NCBI GenBank assembly: GCA_046757665.1
Contig: JBHHYO010000002.1
Span: forward strand, 32,001-96,000
Length of the DNA stretch: 64,000 nucleotides
Direction of reading: 5' to 3'
Origin: Nitrospinales bacterium
GTDB lineage: Bacteria > Nitrospinota > Nitrospinia > Nitrospinales > JAJDAT01
The notes under the pieces are model-generated. The model searched no databases and was not told where the DNA came from. It saw only the letters and a list, made by a program, of their open reading frames with translations. Shown in pieces: positions 18,333 through 25,882 of this stretch (positions are counted from its first letter, which is position 1; every line of letters starts with the position of its first letter). The position numbers and the translations under genes were made by a program.

Positions 18333-19660
18333 TACCGCGGAATAATTCCCAGCTCGGTGCCGAACTTCTTGAAAGCCGACAGCACCCGGTCGAGGTCTTC
18401 CCGAGTATGGGAAGAGGTGTAACTGGAACGAATCATGGCATTGAGGGGGGGAACTACAGGGGATACCGCCACGCCCGCAAAAACTCCATCATTGAACAAA
18501 AGCTGGTTGAGATACAAAGTCAAGGCTTCGTCGCCAATCTTGATGGGAACGATGGGAACCTGATTGTTGTTGATCTGGAAACCCATCTCGAAAAATCCCT
18601 TTTTGATATAAGAGGTATTTTCATGCAACCGGTCGATGCGTTCGGTTTCCCGGCTCATAACGTCGAGGGCGGCGATCACTCCGGCAACCGACGCAGGCGG
18701 CAAGGCCGCCGTAAAAATAAACGCCGAGGCCTTGTGGCGGATAAACTCGGTGACCTTGGAATTGGCCGAAACGAAACCACCAATGGACCCCAGGCTCTTG
18801 GAAAAAGTCCCGACATAAATGTCGATTTCCTTTTCCAGGTCGAAATAACTTGTCAACCCTTTTCCACGGTCTCCCATAACGCCCAGCCCGTGAGCCTCAT
18901 CCACCAGAACGCTGGCCCCATAGTCTTTCGCCAGCTTGACGATGCCGGGAAGATTGGCCACATCACCGCTCATGCTGAACACACTGTCCGTAATAATCAG
19001 TTTGCCGTCAACATCGGCATACCTCTTCAGACAGTACTCCAGATGATCCATGTCATTGTGCCGATAGCGCACGGTCTTGCCCGGCGCAATGGCGCACCCC
19101 TCATAAATGCTGGCATGATTTTCGCGGTCCGAAAAAGCAATGTCCTTGCGTCCCAGCAAACACGAGATGGTCCCCTGATTGGCCTGGAATCCGGTGGACA
19201 TAACAATCGTGTCCTCGCGGCCGAGAAAATCCGACAACGTCTTTTCCAACGTCCTGTGCAGGGTAAGGGTGCCGTTGAGAAACCGACTGCCGGTACAACC
19301 CGCGCCGAATTTTTCCAGCGCCTTTGTCGCCGCGGCAATTACGCGGGGATCCTTGGTCAAGCCCAAATAATTATTGGTCGAAACGGTTATAACGTCCCTG
19401 CCTTCGATAACCACATGAGCGCCATCCATCTCCTCGGTCTCGCGGAAATACGGATAAATGCCCAAATCCTTGGCTTGATCGGGAGCGTCATAACTGAAAC
19501 ACTTGGAAAGAATGCCCTCGCCTTCCTTGGTCAGAAGCCGCAAGTGCGCATTCTCAAAATCGAACTTCTTCTTTAATAAAGAAATAATTTTGTCACGTTT
19601 CAGATGAGGCGGGGTGTCTTCCGGAGTTTCGTCCAGAACCGGCTGATGAAGATTTTTCAC
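18332..19660 (-). CDS. spt: serine palmitoyltransferase (alpha-oxoamine synthase family)
   Basis: GIYPYFRE, NNYLGL, GSRFLNGT, NHASI, DEAH, GTFSKSLGSIGG (PLP Lys); adjacent to bCerS/CerR homologues. Confidence 0.82.
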   Translation of the reverse strand: MKNLHQPVLDETPEDTPPHLKRDKIISLLKKKFDFENAHLRLLTKEGEGILSKCFSYDAPDQAKDLGIYPYFRETEEMDGAHVVIEGRDVITVSTNNYLGLTKDPRVIAAATKALEKFGAGCTGSRFLNGTLTLHRTLEKTLSDFLGREDTIVMSTGFQANQGTISCLLGRKDIAFSDRENHASIYEGCAIAPGKTVRYRHNDMDHLEYCLKRYADVDGKLIITDSVFSMSGDVANLPGIVKLAKDYGASVLVDEAHGLGVMGDRGKGLTSYFDLEKEIDIYVGTFSKSLGSIGGFVSANSKVTEFIRHKASAFIFTAALPPASVAGVIAALDVMSRETERIDRLHENTSYIKKGFFEMGFQINNNQVPIVPIKIGDEALTLYLNQLLFNDGVFAGVAVSPVVPPLNAMIRSSYTSSHTREDLDRVLSAFKKFGTELGIIPR

Positions 19661-20241
19661 GGCTTCGAAATTATCCTTTTAGGTTGGAGTTTAAATTTGA
19701 GAAACCAGGAGCTTCTCTGAAGGCTCGACAGACACGGTTTCTCAGGATCTTTTTCTATTCACCGGAAACTCTTTAATTATTTCCCAACGCAAATCACGCA
19801 AGGGTAACATTAAATGCCCGTTTTGACAAGCGAAACTATAAATTTTCGCAAATCATCGCTTAATTTAATTAAATTTAACTGCAACTCAAAAGCCGATTCG
19901 TTAACATTCCCGAAAACATCCAACTACAAATTTCCCTCCACGCCCCTTTTCCGGGCCGTTGAACAACGACTCAAAAATCATCTTCACCAAAAACCTGCCG
20001 CACTTTCAACGAAGCGACCCGGTTTGCGCCGCACTTTTTCCTTAACGGCATCTTGCCGCTATTTATGACCCCGCCCACGCAAGAACTTTCCGGCGCGGAG
20101 GTTTTATAAAACCCGCCAAGGGAGACTTATGAAATCCGAAGGCTTGTAAAGGAGCAGATGAAACGAGAAAGCGGCCGGGAAAAAACCGCGACACGAATCC
20201 GCGAAAGACCCGGACGCCAAACGGATAAGGCTGGCACGAAA

Positions 20242-20886
20242 TTAAAGTTTTTTGACCTGATTCTTGACCTGATAATAGCGGAAAAACGCGCCCATCATTA
20301 TAATAATCAACAGCGCCAAAACCATCAACGCCCCTTCCATGATAAGCGTCAAGGACAGAGGCATATTTTCCAGAATCCATACGACAATTTGATGCAACCC
20401 ATACCAGGAGTCGGGGTCGCTAAGCCAGGCCTGGAGCGCCGTACCCTGAAACAGGTAATTAAACGCAACGATAAGAGGAAACTCGGTCCACGTGCCGCTT
20501 TGCAACCAGAGAAACCCTTGATACCCCAGCAGGAAAAATCCGGAAAAAAATACCAGCGACGCCGACACAACGGCTATCCCGCCGACAAAGCCAAGAAAAA
20601 AATCCAGCGGCGTCAGCTTTCGCACAATTTCTTTAGACTCCGCCCAGCCTTTCAGGGCCATTTGTTTCGCGCGGATTTTCAGACGTTCCTTCAGCTCCAC
20701 GCAAACCAGTATCGCAGGCTCAACCCAATGGGTTATCTCCGCGATCCAGCGGGAACCATTGAACCCTCTTTCATAAAATTTTCTTTCCGACATGGGATTG
20801 CCCTCCCCGTATTTGGAAACCGCGGGATTGCGGCTTTTTAACCTGGATCTTTCTTTTCGGTGGCGGTTCATCATTTCTCTACTCAA
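20242..20886 (-). CDS. hypothetical membrane protein
   Basis: 214-aa ORF with at least two clear hydrophobic helices and a basic C-terminus; start uncertain. Confidence 0.6.
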   Translation of the reverse strand: MSREMMNRHRKERSRLKSRNPAVSKYGEGNPMSERKFYERGFNGSRWIAEITHWVEPAILVCVELKERLKIRAKQMALKGWAESKEIVRKLTPLDFFLGFVGGIAVVSASLVFFSGFFLLGYQGFLWLQSGTWTEFPLIVAFNYLFQGTALQAWLSDPDSWYGLHQIVVWILENMPLSLTLIMEGALMVLALLIIIMMGAFFRYYQVKNQVKKL

Positions 20887-21065
20887 CCTGCTCCTCTCGA
20901 CCGGAGCAAACGATCATGATCCAATCCATTTACAAGTATAGAACCATTATCATTATTTTCAACAAAAAGCATCTGCTTTATAAAATCCCGCTTTCAACTC
21001 CATACCGGGAACTGTGCCGGCCCGCAGGCCGGAAATATAAATTTAATCAAATTTAAACAATATTA

Positions 21066-21093
21066 TTGACATTTATTTAAAAATATCTATACT
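21066..21093 (+). promoter_or_regulatory. sigma70-type promoter TTGACA-N16-TATACT with AT-rich upstream element
   Basis: TTGACA 21066-21071, TATACT 21088-21093; no convincing + strand CDS follows. Confidence 0.6.
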
Positions 21094-21095
21094 AT

Positions 21096-21175
21096 ATACA
21101 GATTGTATGTCCTCCTGTATTTGGACCCGCTTGTTTGGCCTCCTTCCCCCCCTGACAAGCGGGTCTACCTATTTG
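21096..21175 (+). ncRNA. candidate small RNA with CCUCCU anti-Shine-Dalgarno motifs
   Basis: Perfect 11-bp stem GACCCGCTTGT(21124-21134)/ACAAGCGGGTC(21155-21165) with a loop containing CCTCCTTCCCCCCC; second CCTCCT at 21111-21116. Confidence 0.5.
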
Positions 21176-21239
21176 TAACCCCAAATTTTTCAAACCGTAA
21201 TGCCCCTGTTTGCCAAAACCGGCAACGCTTTGGCAATCA

Positions 21240-23294
21240 TCAGCGGGGGCTGGCGGCGATGTTGCCGCCGTCAACGGTGATTACGCTTCCGGTGGTCTTT
21301 TCCGCCAGGGCAAGGTGCAAAAATCCCTCGGCCACGTCGGTATCGTAAACTTCCCGCGCCAGCAGGTTGTTCTTAAAATATTCATCGGCCTTCAAACCCC
21401 GCGCGCCGGCCCGCTCGGCGATAACCCGCGGCGAAAACAGGCCCGTCCGAACCCGGTCCGCGTTCACGGCATTCGACCGGACGCCCTCCTTGCCGTAGTC
21501 CAAGGCATATTGCTTGGCCAGGGCGACCACGGCGGCCTTGGGCAGGGCGTAGGGACCGAAGTCCTTGCCCGGATTGAAAGCCGCCTTGGAAGCGTTGAAC
21601 AATAAAACGCCGCCGGTTTTTTGCGCCAGAAAAATCCCGACCGCCCGCGCCGCCAGGCTCTGGTGAGCGAAAAAATTCAGATCGAAACTTTTCCGCAACA
21701 CCGCGCCGTCCAGTTGCCCGATCCTCCCCTGAACCGCGTTGCCGGCATTGGATATCAGAATGTCCAGCCCCCCGTAAGCCGTTACCAGTTGGTCGAACGA
21801 CTCCGCAACGGCTTCCTCATCGGTAACGTCGAGGACACAGGTCGTGACGCCGACGGCGGATTCCTCTTCGATGGTTTGCCGCGCCGCGACGAGCCTGGCT
21901 TCGTCCCGGTCCACCAGAAACAGGTTGGCGCCGTTTTTGGCGAACAGCCGGGCGGTGGCCAATCCGATCCCCGATGCCGCGCCCGACAGATAAACCACCC
22001 TCCCCTGAAGTTTCGCCGGCTTGCTCTTGCCCAGTTTGGCCTGCTCCAGCGACCAGTATTCCATGTCAAACAGATCGGCATCGTCGAGCGGCGCAAAACT
22101 TCCCACGCGGAACGCCTTTCGCACGGTGTCGATGGTGTGCTCGTAAATGTCCGCGGCAATACGGGTTTCCTTCGTCGTTTTCCCAAGAGTCAACAGCCCC
22201 AGCCCGGCGACGAGAACGACCCGCGGCAAGGGGTCCAGCTCCTTCTTGTCAACCCCCTTGGCTTCCCGGTTGGACATAAAGTACCGGTGATAATTTTTAA
22301 TGTAACTCTCCAGGGCGGCGGCAATCTCCTGCCGCAATGCTTCCTCATCGTCCAGCGACTGCGGATTCAACAGCAACGGTTTTTGCTTGGTGCGAATCAC
22401 GTGATCCGGCGTCGCCGTGCCGATTTGCGACCAGACGGCGCACTCCTTGCTGGAAGCGAAATCCCGTGCCGCCTCGCTTTGCCGATGATGCGCCACCCAG
22501 GACGCCCCCGACTGTTTCCGGTACAAGCCGCGCAACAACGGGCCGATTTTTCGCAGGATTTCCCCCGCGTCGGCGGAAGCAACCGAAATGGGCGTCAGCT
22601 TCTTCTCCGCCTTGCCGGCAATATATTTCTCCGCCCGCGCCACCGCCTCGATGTGGTAGTCATAACTTTCCCGGGCGGTTTCGGCAAACGTGAACAATCC
22701 GTGATTGATCAGCACCAGGCCCTTGACGCCGGGATTTTTCTCATAAGCCTCGGCGGCGGCCTTGGCGAGGGCAAACCCCGGCATGATGTAAGGCACAACC
22801 CCCAGAAAATCGCCGAACACCTCCCGGCACAGCGCCTCGGCGTTCGGCTGGTTGGCGAGAACCAGAATCGCGTCGGCGTGGGAGTGGTCGACGAACTTGT
22901 GCGGCAGAAAAGCGTGCAACAGCGTTTCCACCGAGGGATTCGGCGACTTGGCGTCCAGCAAGTGAGTGCGCTGGTCGTTGACCATGGCCTCGTCACTGAG
23001 ACTGCCCAGCTTTCTGAGCTTCAGCAGGTAATCGAGTTCGACCCCCGGCAAGCCCGGCGGTTCCAGAGTGTCCAGGTCCCAGCCGCTACCCTTGACGTAA
23101 AGCGCCCGCACCTCTTCCCCCACCCGGTTTTCGATCACCGACTTTACCGAGGTATTGCCGCCGCCATGTAGCACCAGAGCGGGGTCCGAACCGATCAGCC
23201 GGGACGTGTACACCCGCAGAGCGATGTCCTCGGAATAATCGGCGTATTTTTTCTTGAAAGCCTCTGCTTCTTCATCTTTCCATCGATTTTGCAT
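21240..23294 (-). CDS. bifunctional class II aldolase / short-chain dehydrogenase (RhaD/YuxG-like)
   Basis: HGGGNTSVK, VKGSGWDL, PSVETLLHAF, HSHAD, TPDHVIRTK, EYWSLEQAKL, then SDR GAASGIG, NAG, YALPK. Confidence 0.9.
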   Translation of the reverse strand: MQNRWKDEEAEAFKKKYADYSEDIALRVYTSRLIGSDPALVLHGGGNTSVKSVIENRVGEEVRALYVKGSGWDLDTLEPPGLPGVELDYLLKLRKLGSLSDEAMVNDQRTHLLDAKSPNPSVETLLHAFLPHKFVDHSHADAILVLANQPNAEALCREVFGDFLGVVPYIMPGFALAKAAAEAYEKNPGVKGLVLINHGLFTFAETARESYDYHIEAVARAEKYIAGKAEKKLTPISVASADAGEILRKIGPLLRGLYRKQSGASWVAHHRQSEAARDFASSKECAVWSQIGTATPDHVIRTKQKPLLLNPQSLDDEEALRQEIAAALESYIKNYHRYFMSNREAKGVDKKELDPLPRVVLVAGLGLLTLGKTTKETRIAADIYEHTIDTVRKAFRVGSFAPLDDADLFDMEYWSLEQAKLGKSKPAKLQGRVVYLSGAASGIGLATARLFAKNGANLFLVDRDEARLVAARQTIEEESAVGVTTCVLDVTDEEAVAESFDQLVTAYGGLDILISNAGNAVQGRIGQLDGAVLRKSFDLNFFAHQSLAARAVGIFLAQKTGGVLLFNASKAAFNPGKDFGPYALPKAAVVALAKQYALDYGKEGVRSNAVNADRVRTGLFSPRVIAERAGARGLKADEYFKNNLLAREVYDTDVAEGFLHLALAEKTTGSVITVDGGNIAASPR

Positions 23295-23382
23295 ATCAGG
23301 AAAATAGCAAAACTCCGCATAAACTTAAAGATAAAAGCGGGGACGATGAAAACCGCCCGCCTGACCGAGCTCGCCCGCATTC

Positions 23383-23413
23383 CTGTCATGGTGAGCCCGT
23401 CGAACCATGACAG
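23383..23413. repeat. REP-like hairpin CTGTCATGGTGAGCCCGTCGAACCATGACAG
   Basis: Inverted arms CTGTCATGG/CCATGACAG; related core TTCGACAAGCTCA near 32494 in opposite orientation. Confidence 0.5.
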
Positions 23414-23732
23414 CACCTGACTGGAGCCGGTTTTCGCAGAAAAAAAATTTTGAAAAAACGAGGAACGAAATAGTCTAAATGACAGGTTATAAACCCGGAA
23501 AACCCTTGTCATGCAACCGGTTTTCCAGCTCTCCCGTCAGGTAAAAAATCAACGATTTTCGCGGCAAAACGGCCCAAAAACCGGATCGAATTTTTCCTTG
23601 TATCCATATGACTTTAAATAACTTGTAAAGACAGGTTTTGGCATGTCGAACCCCGCCATTTGAAGATTAAAATTTACAATACCGAAATCACCACGGAGTC
23701 ACAGAGACACACAGAAAAGCCCCCTTCAAGGA

Positions 23733-23870
23733 GAGACCTTTGCATAAGTGTACTGGTTTGATTGTCATTGCGAGGCGGCTCAGCCGACGAGGCAATCCAG
23801 AAAGGACCATTCCCACCGGGCGTGGCCCGGCTGGATCGCCACGCCGCCGATGGCGGCTCGCGATGACACC
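23733..23870 (+). mobile_element. MITE/REP-like palindromic element, copy A
   Basis: End GAGACCTTTGCATAA, core GTCATTGCGAG...CCGGGCGTGGCCCGGCTGGATCGCCACG...CTCGCGATGAC shared with four other copies. Confidence 0.75.
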
Positions 23871-23890
23871 GAAGTTGATTTCCATGGCGT

Positions 23891-23986
23891 GGTGGCGCGG
23901 ACTTTCCAGTCCGCGCATGGGCAGGCTGGAAAGCCTGCCCCACCATTTCAGGGCCACCGCAGGGAACAGACATGTCTGTTCCCTGC
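23891..23986. repeat. REP-like inverted pair plus perfect 28-bp palindrome
   Basis: GCGCGGACTTTCCAGTCCGCGC and GGGCAGGCTGGAAAGCCTGCCC hairpins; GCAGGGAACAGACATGTCTGTTCCCTGC at 23959-23986. Confidence 0.6.
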
Positions 23987-24187
23987 TTCCCGCGGTCTCC
24001 CGTCTCCGGGTTTTATCCCCCTACATATAGCGCGAAATACAGGTATGCAACCGCGCAACCCTTTTCAATCCTGCGGGTTAAAAAAATAATGGGAGAGGCG
24101 CCGGGCGAAATATTTCGTCATCGCCTTGAGCCGTCGGAGAATAGACTTTTTCCCCCGGCGCTACTGGAAGTATTTTATACTGCCGTC

Positions 24188-24259
24188 ATGAAAGTCTGTA
24201 TCCATCGAGGGACACAGGAGATCGGCGGCGCCTGCACTGAGCTTGAGAAAGAGAAATAA
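24188..24259 (+). pseudogene. N-terminal remnant of an MBL-fold (RNase J/beta-CASP-like) hydrolase
   Basis: MKVCIHRGTQEIGGACTELEKEK* resembles the MxxxIHRGxxEIGGxCxEL start of that family. Confidence 0.55.
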
Positions 24260-24261
24260 TA

Positions 24262-25503
24262 ATGGTTGAAGATAGCTCCAGGACAAGCAAAAGAAGTCTT
24301 TGGGTCAATATCTGCGTGTTCAGCTTCAGCCTCTTTATTTCCTTGTTCCTTGCGGAGATGGCGGTAAGAACGCTCAGGCCGGATTTAAAATATTTGGTCC
24401 AAAGCCAGTTTGAAGAAAACAGATTCCGAATTCACGCCAATATCAAGAATACCGCGGGGTTTTATCCTCATCCCGATTCCGGGAAAAACCATATGGTAAG
24501 GCACAATTCGCTGGGCTTGCGGCAACACAGAGAGTTTGACCGCAACAAACCGGCCCAAACCACCCGCATCGGTTTCTTTGGTGATTCCTTCACCGAAAAT
24601 GTTCGTATGCCGGTACAGTACTCCTTTACGGAACCTTTGGACTTCCTTCTCAATCGGACAGGCAAGGCTTTTGAAGTCCTGAATTTCGGCACGGATGGCT
24701 ACGGCACGGATCAGGTTTATCTGCAATATATGGAAGAGGGCAAAAAATCAAATTTGGACTTCGTCGTCTATTTATATTGTGAAAACGATTTGCGGGATAT
24801 TTTGGCGAACAAGCTGATAGATATCGACGAAAAGGGAAACATCAAATACATTCCGGCATTGCCCTCGGGCCTTTTTGTCTCAACCGTGAAAAAATTTTAC
24901 CTTACCTACCTCTTGCTGGAGGCGCTACTCAAATGGAATGTGGTGAAAGATAATTTCCTCAATGAGCGGTTGGACCCAAACAAAATCCGGGACGCTACAG
25001 ATCATCAGGAAGAGGGAAGGCGCAAGTACGAGGCGCTGGCCAGACAACTGGAACAGGACCCGGAGAATCCGGAATTGAAACACGCGCTGAAAATATTTTC
25101 CGCTCTGATGCAAGCAATGAAAAAGGAAAGCGAATCGAATTCATCGCGGTTGTACGTGGTTCTCTTTCCCGGATACAAATCAAACAACAAGGGCGTCCAC
25201 AACCAGAAAATCACAAAGGTTCTTGAGGGCCTCGGGATTGACGTTTTAGACCTTTTCCCTGTATTCCGGCAAACGGAAAACCGTCATCGACTCAATCTCT
25301 ATTTCAAAAAAGACAACCATTGGAACGAGGAAGGAAACAAAATAGCCGCGGTGGAGATATTCAAATTTCTCGCCGAAAAACTCGGATTGGTTTTTGCGGG
25401 CGACGCCTTCATAAAGGAAGGACTGAACGAATATTACAGCTCCTTCCCGCCGGTTGCAATCAGCGATGTATGGCTTCAAAAAAAACCGTTGCGGACAACT
25501 TGA
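24262..25503 (+). CDS. membrane-anchored SGNH/GDSL hydrolase (AlgJ/AlgX-like)
   Basis: N-terminal TM, NSLGLR, GDSFT, NFGTDGYGTDQ, ENDL, DNHWNEEG. Confidence 0.8.
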   Translation: MVEDSSRTSKRSLWVNICVFSFSLFISLFLAEMAVRTLRPDLKYLVQSQFEENRFRIHANIKNTAGFYPHPDSGKNHMVRHNSLGLRQHREFDRNKPAQTTRIGFFGDSFTENVRMPVQYSFTEPLDFLLNRTGKAFEVLNFGTDGYGTDQVYLQYMEEGKKSNLDFVVYLYCENDLRDILANKLIDIDEKGNIKYIPALPSGLFVSTVKKFYLTYLLLEALLKWNVVKDNFLNERLDPNKIRDATDHQEEGRRKYEALARQLEQDPENPELKHALKIFSALMQAMKKESESNSSRLYVVLFPGYKSNNKGVHNQKITKVLEGLGIDVLDLFPVFRQTENRHRLNLYFKKDNHWNEEGNKIAAVEIFKFLAEKLGLVFAGDAFIKEGLNEYYSSFPPVAISDVWLQKKPLRTT

Positions 25504-25865
25504 AAAAAAACATCGCACTTAGATACCTGGAGCTGGAACCTGAGGCCATGACGGTGTATAGCGAATTGATCGCGTCAAACAAAGACTCGGCTCCAGTCTA
25601 TGCCAGACTGGGAAATGCCTACTATTCCAGGGAAATGTATGATCGAGCCATCGAGGATTATAATAAAGCTCTTGCATTGGACCCGGAGGCCCTTGCCACT
25701 TACAACAATCGCGGCATGAGCTATTTGCGTTCAAATAACCTTCATATGGCGGTTTTGGATTTTAAGAAGGCATGTGATTCCGGTATTCAAGCCGCATGTA
25801 AAAATCTTGAAATGGTCGTTCAGGGGATTAAAAACAAGAGCAAAAGGAATGCCATTCCCCACTGA
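25470..25865 (+). CDS. TPR-repeat domain, probably the frameshifted C-terminus of the SGNH gene
   Basis: VYARLGNAY...AIEDYNKALALDP, YNNRG...AVLDFKKAC; -1 frame relative to the upstream gene, joined at A8 25478-25485. Confidence 0.7.
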   Translation: MASKKTVADNLKKNIALRYLELEPEAMTVYSELIASNKDSAPVYARLGNAYYSREMYDRAIEDYNKALALDPEALATYNNRGMSYLRSNNLHMAVLDFKKACDSGIQAACKNLEMVVQGIKNKSKRNAIPH

Positions 25866-25882
25866 ACGCTTTCGAGAAAAAC

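Noticed and set aside
18332-19660. BioF or 2-amino-3-ketobutyrate CoA ligase annotation
   Set aside because: No biotin or tdh genes nearby; coupling to bCerS/CerR-like genes and the YPYFR and GTFSKS motifs favour SPT. Not formally excluded without phylogeny.
19698-19744. Hairpin TGAGAAACC...GGTTTCTCA in the spt leader as a riboswitch
   Set aside because: Only a 9-bp outer stem with no recognisable aptamer consensus; could be chance or an operator.
20158-20841. 227-aa plus-strand ORF
   Set aside because: Arg/Gln-rich antisense shadow of the minus-strand membrane protein, which has more protein-like composition.
21621-23171. 516-aa plus-strand ORF (likewise 18284-19576, 34441-36018, 48936-49982, 53459-55075 and similar)
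   Set aside because: Antisense shadows of well-supported genes, expected with GC-rich codon usage; no recognisable motifs.
23733-23986. Possible CRISPR array or tRNA in the hairpin-rich spacer
   Set aside because: No regularly spaced direct repeats with unique spacers, no cas genes, no cloverleaf or T-loop consensus.
23674-24089. Short ORFs sharing RAWPGWIATPP-like peptides (also near 32400, 33450, 50400, 56300)
   Set aside because: Translations of the dispersed MITE-like repeat, not a protein family.
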